Shown: positions 22,150 to 34,800 of the stretch, one piece after another
How positions within the stretch are numbered: position 1 is the first letter of the stretch
How the letters are laid out: every line of letters begins with the position of its first letter
DNA from: Auanema rhodensis
Lineage: Eukaryota; Animalia; Nematoda
Direction of reading: 5' to 3'
DNA: 64,000 bases
Assembly (NCBI GenBank): GCA_964057225.1
Contig: OZ059900.1
Coordinates: 17,856,001 to 17,920,000, forward strand
Notes under the pieces: generated by a model
Seen by the model: the letters and a program-made list of their open reading frames with translations, nothing else
Database searches by the model: none
What the model was told of the DNA's origin: nothing
Position numbers and translations under genes: made by a program

Positions 22150-25100
22150 TGGTTTTCCAGCATAATAAAATATTTCTCATGGGAAATACTGTGTTTTTGT
22201 ATTTTTATAGTGTTCAGCATGTAAAATGCTTCATTTTAGTATGTAACACGCTGAAATTCGTTGCATTTGACGACTCATATGAACAAAAATCGATTTAATC
22301 AATATTAGCCATAAGGGGCGTGCCCTCAGAATATGCTAATTTCCTTAATTTTCTAACCCCTGTTTTTTTGTCGTGAAAGTGGAATTAGACGTTGTAGGAA
22401 CAATTTTGAGCTAGGTTTCATTGACATTGCATGAGTTTGAACACATGAAATCGTAAGTCAAAACCTTGTTTACAGCGAAACTTCCAAAAACTGGTTTTCC
22501 AGCATAATAAAATATTTCTCATGGGAAATACTGTGTTTTTGTATTTTTATGGTGTTCAGCATGTAAAATGCTTCATTTTAGTATGTAACACGCTGAAATT
22601 CGTTGCATTTGACGACTCATATGAACAAAAATCGATTTAATCAATATTAGCCATAAGGGTCGTGCCCTCAGAATATGCTAATTTCCTTAATTTTCTAACC
22701 CCTGTTTTTTTGTCGTGAAAGTGGAACTAGACGTTGTAGGAACAGTTTTGAGCTAGGTTTCATTGACATTGCATGAGTTTGAACACATGAAATCGTAAGT
22801 CAAAACCTTGTTTACAGCGAAATTTCCAAAAAGTGGTTTTCCAGCATAATAAAATATTTCTTATGGGAAATACTGTGTTTTTGTATTTTTCTAGTGTTCA
22901 GCATGTGAAATGCTTCATTTTAGTATGTAACACGCTGAAATTCGTTGCATTTGACGACTCATATGAACAAAAATCGATTTAATCAATATTAGCCATAAGG
23001 GGCGTGCCCTCAGAATATGCTAATTTCCTTAATTTTCTAACCCCTGTTTTGTTGTCGTGAAAGTGGAACTAGACGTTGTAGGAACAATTTTGAGCTAGGT
23101 TTCATTGACATTGCATGAGTTTGAACACATGAAATCGTAAGTCAAAACCTTGTTTACAGCGAAATTTCCAAAAACTGGTTTTCCAGCATAATAAAATATT
23201 TCTCATGGGAAATACTGTGTTTTTGTATTTTTATAGTGTTCAGCATGTAAAATGCTTCATTTTAGTATGTAACACGCTGAAATTCGTTGCATTTGACGAC
23301 TCATATGAACAAAAATCGATTTAATCAATATTAGCCATAAGGGGCGTGCCCTCAGAATATGCTAATTTCCTTAATTTTCTAACCCCTGTTTTTTTGTCGT
23401 GAAAGTGGAATTAGACGTTGTAGGAACAATTTTGAGCTAGGTTTCATTGACATTGCATGAGTTTGAACACATGAAATCGTAAGTCAAAACCTTGTTTACA
23501 GCGAAACTTCCAAAAACTGGTTTTCCAGCATAATAAAATATTTCTCATGGGAAATACTGTGTTTTTGTATTTTTATGGTGTTCAGCATGTAAAATGCTTC
23601 ATTTTAGTATGTAACACGCTGAAATTCGTTGCATTTGACGACTCATATGAACAAAAATCGATTTAATCAATATTAGCCATAAGGGTCGTGCCCTCAGAAT
23701 ATGCTAATTTCCTTAATTTTCTAACCCCTGTTTTTTTGTCGTGAAAGTGGAACTAGACGTTGTAGGAACAGTTTTGAGCTAGGTTTCATTGACATTGCAT
23801 GAGTTTGAACACATGAAATCGTAAGTCAAAACCTTGTTTACAGCGAAATTTCCAAAAAGTGGTTTTCCAGCATAATAAAATATTTCTCATGGGAAATACT
23901 GTGTTTTTGAATTTTTGTAGTGTTCAGCATGTAAAATGCTTCATTTAAGTATGTGACACGCTGAAATTCGTTGCATTTGACGACTCATATGAACAAAAAT
24001 CGATTTAATCAATATTAGCCATAAGGGGCGTGCCCTCAGATTATGCTAATTTCCTTAATTTTCTAACCCCTGTTTTTTGTCGTGAAAGTGGAACTAGACG
24101 TTGTAGGAACAATTTTGAGCTAGGTTTCATTGACATTGCATGAGTTTGAACACATGAAATCGTAAGTCAAAACCTTGTTTACAGCGAAATTTCCAAAAAC
24201 TGGTTTTCCAGCATAATAAAATATTTCTCATGGGAAATACTGTGTTTTTGTATTTTTCTAGTGTTCAGCATGCAAAATACTTCATTTTAGTATGTAACAC
24301 GCTGAAATTCGTTGCATTTGACGACTCATATGAACAAAAATCGATTTAATCAATATTAGCCATAAGGGGCGTGCCCTCAGAATATGCTAATTTCCTAAAT
24401 TTTCTAACCCCTGTTTTTTTGTCGTGAAAGTGGAACTAGACGTTGTACGAACAATTTTGAGCTAGGTTTCATTGACATTGCATGAGTTTGAACACATGAA
24501 ATCGTAAGTCAAAACCTTGTTTACAGCGAAATTTCCAAAAACTGGTTTTCCAGCATAATAAAATATTTCTCATGGGAAAAACTGTGTTTTTGTAATTTTC
24601 TAGTGTTCAGCATGTAAAATGCTTCATTTTAGTATGTAACACGCTGAAATTCGTTGCATTTGACGACTCATATGAACAAAAATCGATTTAATCAATATTA
24701 GCCATAAGAGGCGTGCCCTCAGAATATGCTAATTTCCTTAATTTTCTAACCCCTGTTTTTTTGTCGTGAAAGTGGAACTAGACGTTGTAGGAACAATTTT
24801 GAGCTAGATTTCTTTGACATTGCATGAGTTTGAACACATGAAATCGTAAGTCAAAACCTTGTTTACAGCGAAAATTCCAAAAACTGGTTTTCCAGCATAA
24901 TAAAATATTTCTCATGGGAAATACTGTGTTTTTGTATTTTTCTAGTGTTCAGCATGTAAAATGCTTCATTTAAGTATGTGACACGCTGAAATTCGTTGCA
25001 TTTGACGACTCATATGAACAAAAATCGATTTAATCAATATTAGCCATAAGGGGCGTGCCCTCAGATTATGCTAATTTCCTTAATTTTCTAACCCCTGTTT

Positions 25101-25800
25101 TTTGTCGTGAAAGTGGAACTAGACGTTGTAGGAACAATTTTGAGCTAGGTTTCATTGACATTGCATGAGTTTGAACACATGAAATCGTAAGTCAAAACCT
25201 TGTTTACAGCGAAATTTCCAAAAACTGGTTTTCCAGCATAATAAAATATTTCTCATGGGAAATACTGTGTTTTTGTATTTTTCTAGTGTTCAGCATGCAA
25301 AATACTTCATTTTAGTATGTAACACGCTGAAATTCGTTGCATTTGACGACTCATATGAACAAAAATCGATTTAATCAATATTAGCCATAAGGGGCGTGCC
25401 CTCAGAATATGCTAATTTCCTAAATTTTCTAACCCCTGTTTTTTTGTCGTGAAAGTGGAACTAGACGTTGTACGAACAATTTTGAGCTAGGTTTCATTGA
25501 CATTGCATGAGTTTGAACACATGAAATCGTAAGTCAAAACCTTGTTTACAGCGAAATTTCCAAAAACTGGTTTTCCAGCATAATAAAATATTTCTCATGG
25601 GAAAAACTGTGTTTTTGTATTTTTCTAGTGTTCAGCATGTAAAATGCTTCATTTTAGTATGTAACACGCTGAAATTCGTTGCATTTGACGACTCATATGA
25701 ACAAAAATCGATTTAATCAATATTAGCCATAAGAGGCGTGCCCTCAGAATATGCTAATTTCCTTAATTTTCTAACCCCTGTTTTTTTGTCGTGAAAGTGG
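22150..25800 (-). repeat. Two adjacent 3-monomer (~1025 bp) duplications
   Basis: GGAATTAG/AAACTT/ATGG/GGGTC/AAGTGG markers at ~22385 and ~23411. GATT/ATGCAAAATAC/GGAAAAAC/GAGG markers at ~24041 and ~25066. Confidence 0.7.
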
Positions 25801-28800
25801 AACTAGACGTTGTACGAACAATTTTGAGCTAGGTTTCATTGACATTGCATGAGTTTGAACACATGAAATCGTAAGTCAAAACCTTGTTTACAGCGAAATT
25901 TCCAAAAACTGGTTTTCCAGCATAATAAAATATTTCTCATGGGAAATACTGTGTTTTTGTATTTTTATAGTGTTCAGCATGTAAAATGTTTCATTTTAGT
26001 ATGTAACACGCTGAAATTCGTTGCATTTGACGACTCATATGAACAAAAATCGATTTAATCAATATAAGCCATAAAGGGCGTGCCCTCAGAATATGCTAAT
26101 TTCCTTAATTTTCTAACCACTGTTTTTTTGTCGTGAAAGTGGAACTAGACGTTGTAGGAACAATTTTGAGCTAGGTTTCATTGACATTGCATGAGTTTGA
26201 ACACATGAAATCGTAAGTCAAAACCTTGTTTACAGCGAAATTTCCAAAAACTCGTTTTCCAGCATAATAAAATATTTCTCATGGGAAATACTGTGTTTTT
26301 GTATTTTTTTAGTGTTCAGCATGTAAAATGCTTCATTTTAGTATGTAACACGCTGAAATTAATTGCATTTGACGACTCATATGAACAAAAATCGATTTAA
26401 TCAATATTAGCCATAAGAGGCGTGCCCTCAGAATATGCTAATTTCCTTAATTTTCTAACCCCTGTTTTTTTGTCGTGAAAGTGGAACTAGACGTTGTAAT
26501 AACAATTTTGAGCTAGGTTTCATTGACATTGCATGAGTTTGAACACATGAAATCGTAAGTCAAAACCTTGTTTACAGCGAAATTTCCAAAAACTGGTTTT
26601 CCAGCATAATAAAATATTTCTCATGGGAAATACTGTGTTTTTGTATTTTTCTAGTGTTCAGCATGTGAAATGCTTCATTTTAGTATGTAACACGCTGAAA
26701 TTCGTTGCATTTGACGACTCATATGAACAAAAATCGATTTAATCAATATTAGCCATAAGGGGCGTGCCCTCAGAATATGCTAATTTCCTTAATTTTCTAA
26801 CCCCTGTTTTGTTGTCGTGAAAGTGGAACTAGACGTTGTAGGAACAATTTTGAGCTAGGTTTCATTGACATTGCATGAGTTTGAACACATGAAATCGTAA
26901 GTCAAAACCTTGTTTACAGCGAAATTTCCAAAAACTGGTTTTCCAGCATAATAAAATATTTCTCATGGGAAATACTGTGTTTTTGTATTTTTCTAGTGTT
27001 CAGCATGTAAAATGCTTCATTTTAGTATGTAACACGCTGAAATTCGTTGCATTTGACGACTCATATGAACAAAAATCGATTTAATCAATATTAGCCATAA
27101 GAGGCGTGCCCTCAGAATATGCTAATTTCCTTAATTTTCTAACCCCTGTTTTTTTGTCGTGAAAGTGGAACTAGACGTTGTAATAACAATTTTGAGCTAG
27201 GTTTCATTGACATTGCATGAGTTTGAACACATGAAATCGTAAGTCAAAACCTTGTTTACAGCGAAATTTCCAAAAACTGGTTTTCCAGCATAATAAAATA
27301 TTTCTCATGGGAAATACTGTGTTTTTGTATTTTTCTAGTGTTCAGCATGTGAAATGCTTCATTTTAGTATGTAACACGCTGAAATTCGTTGCATTTGACG
27401 ACTCATATGAACAAAAATCGATTTAATCAATATTAGCCATAAGGGGCGTGCCCTCAGAATATGCTAATTTCCTTAACTTTCTAACCCCTGTTTTGTTGTC
27501 GTGAAAGTGGAACTAGACGTTGTAGGAACAATTTTGAGCTAGGTTTCATTGACATTGCATGAGTTTGAACACATGAAATCGTAAGTCAAAACCTTGTTTA
27601 CAGCGAAATTTCCAAAAACTGGTTTTCCAGCATAATAAAATATTTCTCATGGGAAATACTATGTTTTTGTATTTTTCTAGTGTTCAGCATGTAAAATGCT
27701 TCATTTTAGTATGTAACACGCTGAAATTCGTTTCATTTGACGACTCATATGAACAAAAATCGATTTAATCAATATTAGCCATAAGGGGCGTGCCCTCAGA
27801 ATATGCTAATTTCCTTAATTTTCTAACCCCTGTTTTTTTGTCGTGAAAGTGGAACTAGACGTTGTAGGAACAATTTTGAGCTAGGTTTCATTGACATTGT
27901 ATGAGTTTGAACACATGAAATCGTAAGTCAAAACCTTGTTTACAGCGAAATTTCCAAAAACTGGTTTTCCAGCATAATAAAATATTTCTCATGGGAAATA
28001 CTGTGTTTTTGTATTTTTATAGTGTTCAGCATGTAAAATGTTTCATTTTAGTATGTAACACGCTGAAATTCGTTGCATTTGACGACTCATATGAACAAAA
28101 ATCGATTTAATCAATATTAGCCATAAAGGGCGTGCCCTCAGAATATGCTAATTTCCTTAATTTTCTAACCCCTGTTTTGTTGTCGTGAAAGTAGAACTAG
28201 ACGTTGTAGGAACAATTTTGAGCTAGGTTTCATTGACATTGCATGAGTTTGAACACATGAAATCGTAAGTCAAAACCTTGTTTACAGCGAACTTTCCAAA
28301 AACTGGTTTTCCAGCATAATAAAATATTTCTTATGGGAAATACTGTGTTTTTGTATTTTTCTAGTGTTCAGCATGTGAAATGCTTCATTTTAGTATGTAA
28401 CACGCTGAAATTCGTTGCATTTGACGACTCATATGAACAAAAATCGATTTAATCAATATTAGCCATAAGGGGCGTGCCCTCAGAATATGCTAATTTCCTT
28501 AATTTTCTAACCCCTGTTTTGTTGTCGTGAAAGTGGAACTAGACGTTGTAGGAACGATTTTGAGCTAGGTTTCATTGACATTGCATGAGTTTGAACACAT
28601 GAAATCGTAAGTCAAAACCTTGTTTACAGCGAAATTTCCAAAAACTGGTTTTCCAGCATAATAAAATATTTCTCATGGGAAATACTGTGTTTTTGTATTT
28701 TTATAGTGTTCAGCATGTAAAATGCTTCATTTTAGTATGTAACACGCTGAAATTCGTTGCATTTGACGACTCATATGAACAAAAATCGATTTAATCAATA

Positions 28801-31800
28801 TTAGCCATAAGGGGCGTGCCCTCAGAATATGCTAATTTCCTTAATTTTCTAACCCCTGTTTTTTGTCGTGAAAGTGGAACTAGACGTTGTAGGAACAATT
28901 TTGAGCTAGGTTTCATTGACATTGCATGAGTTTGAACACATGAAATCGTAAGTCAAAACCTTGTTTACAGCGAAATTTCCAAAAACTGGTTTTCCAGCAT
29001 AATAAAATATTTCTCATGGGAAATACTGTGTTTTTGTATTTTTATAGTGTTCAGCATGTAAAATGCTTCATTTTAGTATGTAACACGCTGAAATTCGTTG
29101 CATTTGACGACTCATATGAACAAAAATCGATTTAATCAATATTAGCCATAAGAGGCGTGCCCTCAGAATATGCTAATTTCCTTAATTTTCTAACCCCTGT
29201 TTTTTTGTCGTGAAAGTGGAACTAGACGTTGTAATAACAATTTTGAGCTAGGTTTCATTGACATTGCATGAGTTTGAACACATGAAATCGTAAGTCAAAA
29301 CCTTGTTTACAGCGAAATTTCCAAAAACTGGTTTTCCAGCATAATAAAATATTTCTCATGGGAAATACTGTGTTTTTGTATTTTTCTAGTGTTCAGCATG
29401 TGAAATGCTTCATTTTAGTATGTAACACGCTGAAATTCGTTGCATTTGACGACTCATATGAACAAAAATCGATTTAATCAATATTAGCCATAAGGGGCGT
29501 GCCCTCAGAATATGCTAATTTCCTTAATTTTCTAACCCCTGTTTTGTTGTCGTGAAAGTGGAACTAGACGTTGTAGGAACAATTTTGAGCTAGGTTTCAT
29601 TGACATTGCATGAGTTTGAACACATGAAATCGTAAGTCAAAACCTTGTTTACAGCGAAATTTCCAAAAACTGGTTTTCCAGCATAATAAAATATTTCTCA
29701 TGGGAAATACTGTGTTTTTGTATTTTTCTAGTGTTCAGCATGTAAAATGCTTCATTTTAGTATGTAACACGCTGAAATTCGTTTCATTTGACGACTCATA
29801 TGAACAAAAATCGATTTAATCAATATTAGCCATAAGGGGCGTGCCCTCAGAATATGCTAATTTCCTTAATTTTCTAACCCCTGTTTTTTTGTCGTGAAAG
29901 TGGAACTAGACGTTGTAGGAACAATTTTGAGCTAGGTTTCATTGACATTGCATGAGTTTGAACACATGAAATCGTAAGTCAAAACCTTGTTTACAGCGAA
30001 ATTTCCAAAAACTGGTTTTCCAGCATAATAAAATATTTCTCATGGGAAATACTGTGTTTTTGTATTTTTATAGTGTTCAGCATGTAAAATGTTTCATTTT
30101 AGTATGTAACACGCTGAAATTCGTTGCATTTGACGACTCATATGAACAAAAATCGATTTAATCAATATTAGCCATAAAGGGCGTGCCCTCAGAATATGCT
30201 AATTTCCTTAATTTTCTAACCCCTGTTTTGTTGTCGTGAAAGTGGAACTAGACGTTGTAGGAACAATTTTGAGCTAGGTTTCATTGACATTGCATGAGTT
30301 TGAACACATGAAATCGTAAGTCAAAACCTTGTTTACAGCGAAATTTCCAAAAACTGGTTTTCCAGCATAATAAAATATTTCTCATGGGAAATACTGTGTT
30401 TTTGTATTTTTCTAGTGTTCAGCATGTAAAATGCTTCATTTTAGTATGTAACACGCTGAAATTCGTTGCATTTGACGACTCATATGAACAAAAATCGATT
30501 TAATCAATATTAGCCATAAGGGGCGTGCCCTCAGAATATGCTAATTTCCTTAATTTTCTAACCCCTGTTTTTTGTCGTGAAAGTGGAACTAGACGTTGTA
30601 GGAACAATTTTGAGCTAGGTTTCATTGACATTGCATGAGTTTGAACACATGAAATCGTAAGTCAAAACCTTGTTTACAGCGAAATTTCCAAAAACTGGTT
30701 TTCCAGCATAATAAAATATTTCTCATGGGAAATACTGTGTTTTTGTATTTTTATAGTGTTCAGCATGTAAAATGCTTCATTTTAGTATGTAACACGCTGA
30801 AATTCGTTGCATTTGACGACTCATATGAACAAAAATCGATTTAATCAATATTAGCCATAAGGGGCGTGCCCTCAGAATATGCTAATTTCCTTAATTTTCT
30901 AACCCCTGTTTTTTTGTCGTGAAAGTGGAATTAGACGTTGTAGGAAGAATTTTGAGCTAGGTTTCATTGACATTGCATGAGTTTGAACACATGAAATCGT
31001 AAGTCAAAACCTTGTTTACAGCGAAACTTCCAAAAACTGGTTTTCCAGCATAATAAAATATTTCTCATGGGAAATACTGTGTTTTTGTATTTTTATGGTG
31101 TTCAGCATGTAAAATGCTTCATTTTAGTATGTAACACGCTGAAATTCGTTGCATTTGACGACTCATATGAACAAAAATCGATTTAATCAATATTAGCCAT
31201 AAGGGTCGTGCCCTCAGAATATGCTAATTTCCTTAATTTTCTAACCCCTGTTTTTTTGTCGTGAAAGTGGAACTAGACGTTGTAGGAACAGTTTTGAGCT
31301 AGGTTTCATTGACATTGCATGAGTTTGAACACATGAAATCGTAAGTCAAAACCTTGTTTACAGCGAAATTTCCAAAAAGTGGTTTTCCAGCATAATAAAA
31401 TATTTCTCATGGGAAATACTGTGTTTTTGTATTTTTCTAGTGTTCAGCATGTAAAATGCTTCATTTAAGTATGTGACACGCTGAAATTCGTTGCATTTGA
31501 CGACTCATATGAACAAAAATCGATTTAATCAATATTAGCCATAAGGGGCGTGCCCTCAGATTATGCTAATTTCCTTAATTTTCTAACCCCTGTTTTTTGT
31601 CGTGAAAGTGGAACTAGACGTTGTAGGAACAATTTTGAGCTAGGTTTCATTGACATTGCATGAGTTTGAACACATGAAATCGTAAGTCAAAACCTTGTTT
31701 ACAGCGAAATTTCCAAAAACTGGTTTTCCAGCATAATAAAATATTTCTCATGGGAAATACTGTGTTTTTGTATTTTTCTAGTGTTCAGCATGCAAAATAC

Positions 31801-34800
31801 TTCATTTTAGTATGTAACACGCTGAAATTCGTTGCATTTGACGACTCATATGAACAAAAATCGATTTAATCAATATTAGCCATAAGGGGCGTGCCCTCAG
31901 AATATGCTAATTTCCTAAATTTTCTAACCCCTGTTTTTTTGTCGTGAAAGTGGAACTAGACGTTGTACGAACAATTTTGAGCTAGGTTTCATTGACATTG
32001 CATGAGTTTGAACACATGAAATCGTAAGTCAAAACCTTGTTTACAGCGAAATTTCCAAAAACTGGTTTTCCAGCATAATAAAATATTTCTCATGGGAAAA
32101 ACTGTGTTTTTGTATTTTTCTAGTGTTCAGCATGTAAAATGCTTCATTTTAGTATGTAACACGCTGAAATTCGTTGCATTTGACGACTCATATGAACAAA
32201 AATCGATTTAATCAATATTAGCCATAAGAGGCGTGCCCTCAGAATATGCTAATTTCCTTAATTTTCTAACCCCTGTTTTTTTGTCGTGAAAGTGGAACTA
32301 TACGTTGTACGAACAATTTTGAGCTAGGTTTCATTGACATTGCATGAGTTTGAACACATGAAATCGTAAGTCAAAACCTTGTTTACAGCGAAAATTCCAA
32401 AAACTGGTTTCCAGTATAATAAAATATTTCTCATGGGAAATACTGTGTTTTTGTATTTTTCTAGTGTTCAGCATGTAAAATGCTTCATTTAAGTATGTAA
32501 CACGCTGAAATTCGTTGCATTTGACTACTCATATGAACAAAAATCGATTTAATCAATATTAGCCATAAGGGGCGTGCCCTCAGAATATGCTAATTTCCTT
32601 AATTTTCTAACCCCTGTTTTTTTGTCGTGAAAGTGGAACTAGACGTTGTACAAACAATTTTGAGCTAGGTTTCATTGACATTGCATGAGTTTGAACACAT
32701 GAAATCGTAAGTCAAAACCTTGTTTACAGCGAAATTTCCAAAAACTGGTTTTCCAGCATAATAAAATATTTCTCATGGGAAATACTGTGTTTTTGTATTT
32801 TTCTAGTGTTCAGCATGTAAAATGCTTCATTTTAGTATGTAACACGCTGAAATTCGTTGCATTTGACGACTCATATGAACAAAAATCGATTTAATCAATA
32901 TTAGCCATAAGGGGCGTGCCCTCAGAATATGCTAATTTCCTTAATTTTCTAACCCCTGTTTTTTTGTCGTGAAAGTGGAACTAGACGTTGTACGAACAAT
33001 TTTGAGCTCGGTTTCATTGACATTGCATGAGTTTGAACACATGAAATCGTAAGTCAAAACCTTGTTTACAGCGAAATTTCCAAAAACTGGTTTTCCAGCA
33101 TAATAAAATATTTCTTATGGGAAATACTGTGTTTTTGTATTTTTCTAGTGTTCAGCATGTAAAATACTTCATTTTAGTATGTAACACGCTGAAATTCGTT
33201 GCATTTGACGACTCATATGAACAAAAATCGATTTAATCAATATTAGCCATAAGGGGCGTGCCCTCAGAATATGCTAATTTCCTAAATTTTCTAACCCCTG
33301 TTTTTTTGTCGTGAAAGTGGAACTAGACGTTGTACGAACAGTTTTGAGCTAGGTTTCATTGACATTGCATGAGTTTGAACACATGAAATCGTAAGTCAAA
33401 ACCTTGTTTACAGCGAAATTTCCAAAAACTGGTTTTCCAGCATAATAAAATATTTCTCATGGGAAAAACTGTGTTTTTGTATTTTTCTAGTGTTCAGCAT
33501 GTAAAATGCTTCATTTTAGTATGTAACACGCTGAAATTCGTTGCATTTGACGACTCATATGAACAAAAATCGATTTAATCAATATTAGCCATAAGGGGCG
33601 TGCCCTCAGAATATGCTAATTTCCTAAATTTTCTAACCCCTGTTTTTTTGTCGTGAAAGTGGAACTAGACGTTGTACGAACAGTTTTGAGCTAGGTTTCA
33701 TTGACATTGCATGAGTTTGAACACATGAAATCGTAAGTCAAAACCTTGTTTACAGCGAAAATTCCAAAAACTGGTTTCCAGTATAATAAAATATTTCTCA
33801 TGGGAAATACTGTGTTTTTGTATTTTTCTAGTGTTCAGCATGTAAAATGCTTCATTTAAGTATGTAACACGCTGAAATTCGTTGCATTTGACGACTCATA
33901 TGAACAAAAATCGATTTAATCAATATTAGCCATAAGGGGCGTGCCCTCAGAATATGCTAATTTCCTTAATTTTCTAACCCCTGTTTTTTTGTCGTGAAAG
34001 TGGAACTAGACGTTGTACGAACAATTTTGAGCTAGGTTTCATTGACATTGCATGAGTTTGAACACATGAAATCGTAAGTCAAAACCTTGTTTACAGCGAA
34101 CTTTCCAAAAACTGGTTTTCCAGCATAATAAAATATTTCTCATGGGAAATACTGTGTTTTTGTATTTTTCTAGTGTTCAGCATGTGAAATGCTTCATTTT
34201 AGTATGTAACACGCTGAAATTCGTTGCATTTGACGACTCATATGAACAAAAATCGATTTAATCAATATTAGCCATAAGGGGCGTGCCCTCAGAATATGCT
34301 AATTTCCTTAATTTTCTAACCCCTGTTTTGTTGTCGTGAAAGTGGAACTAGACGTTGTAGGAACAATTTTGAGCTAGGTTTCATTGACATTGCATGAGTT
34401 TGAACACATGAAATCGTAAGTCAAAACCTTGTTTACAGCGAAATTTCCAAAAACTGGTTTTCCAGCATAATAAAATATTTCTCATGGGAAATACTGTGTT
34501 TTTGTATTTTTCTAGTGTTCAGCATGTAAAATGCTTCATTTTAGTATGTAACACGCTGAAATTCGTTGCATTTGACGACTCATATGAACAAAAATCGATT
34601 TAATCAATATTAGCCATAAGGGGCGTGCCCTCAGAATATGCTAATTTCCTTAATTTTCTAACCCCTGTTTTTTGTCGTGAAAGTGGAACTAGACGTTGTA
34701 GGAACAATTTTGAGCTAGGTTTCATTGACATTGCATGAGTTTGAACACATGAAATCGTAAGTCAAAACCTTGTTTACAGCGAAATTTCCAAAAACTGGTT

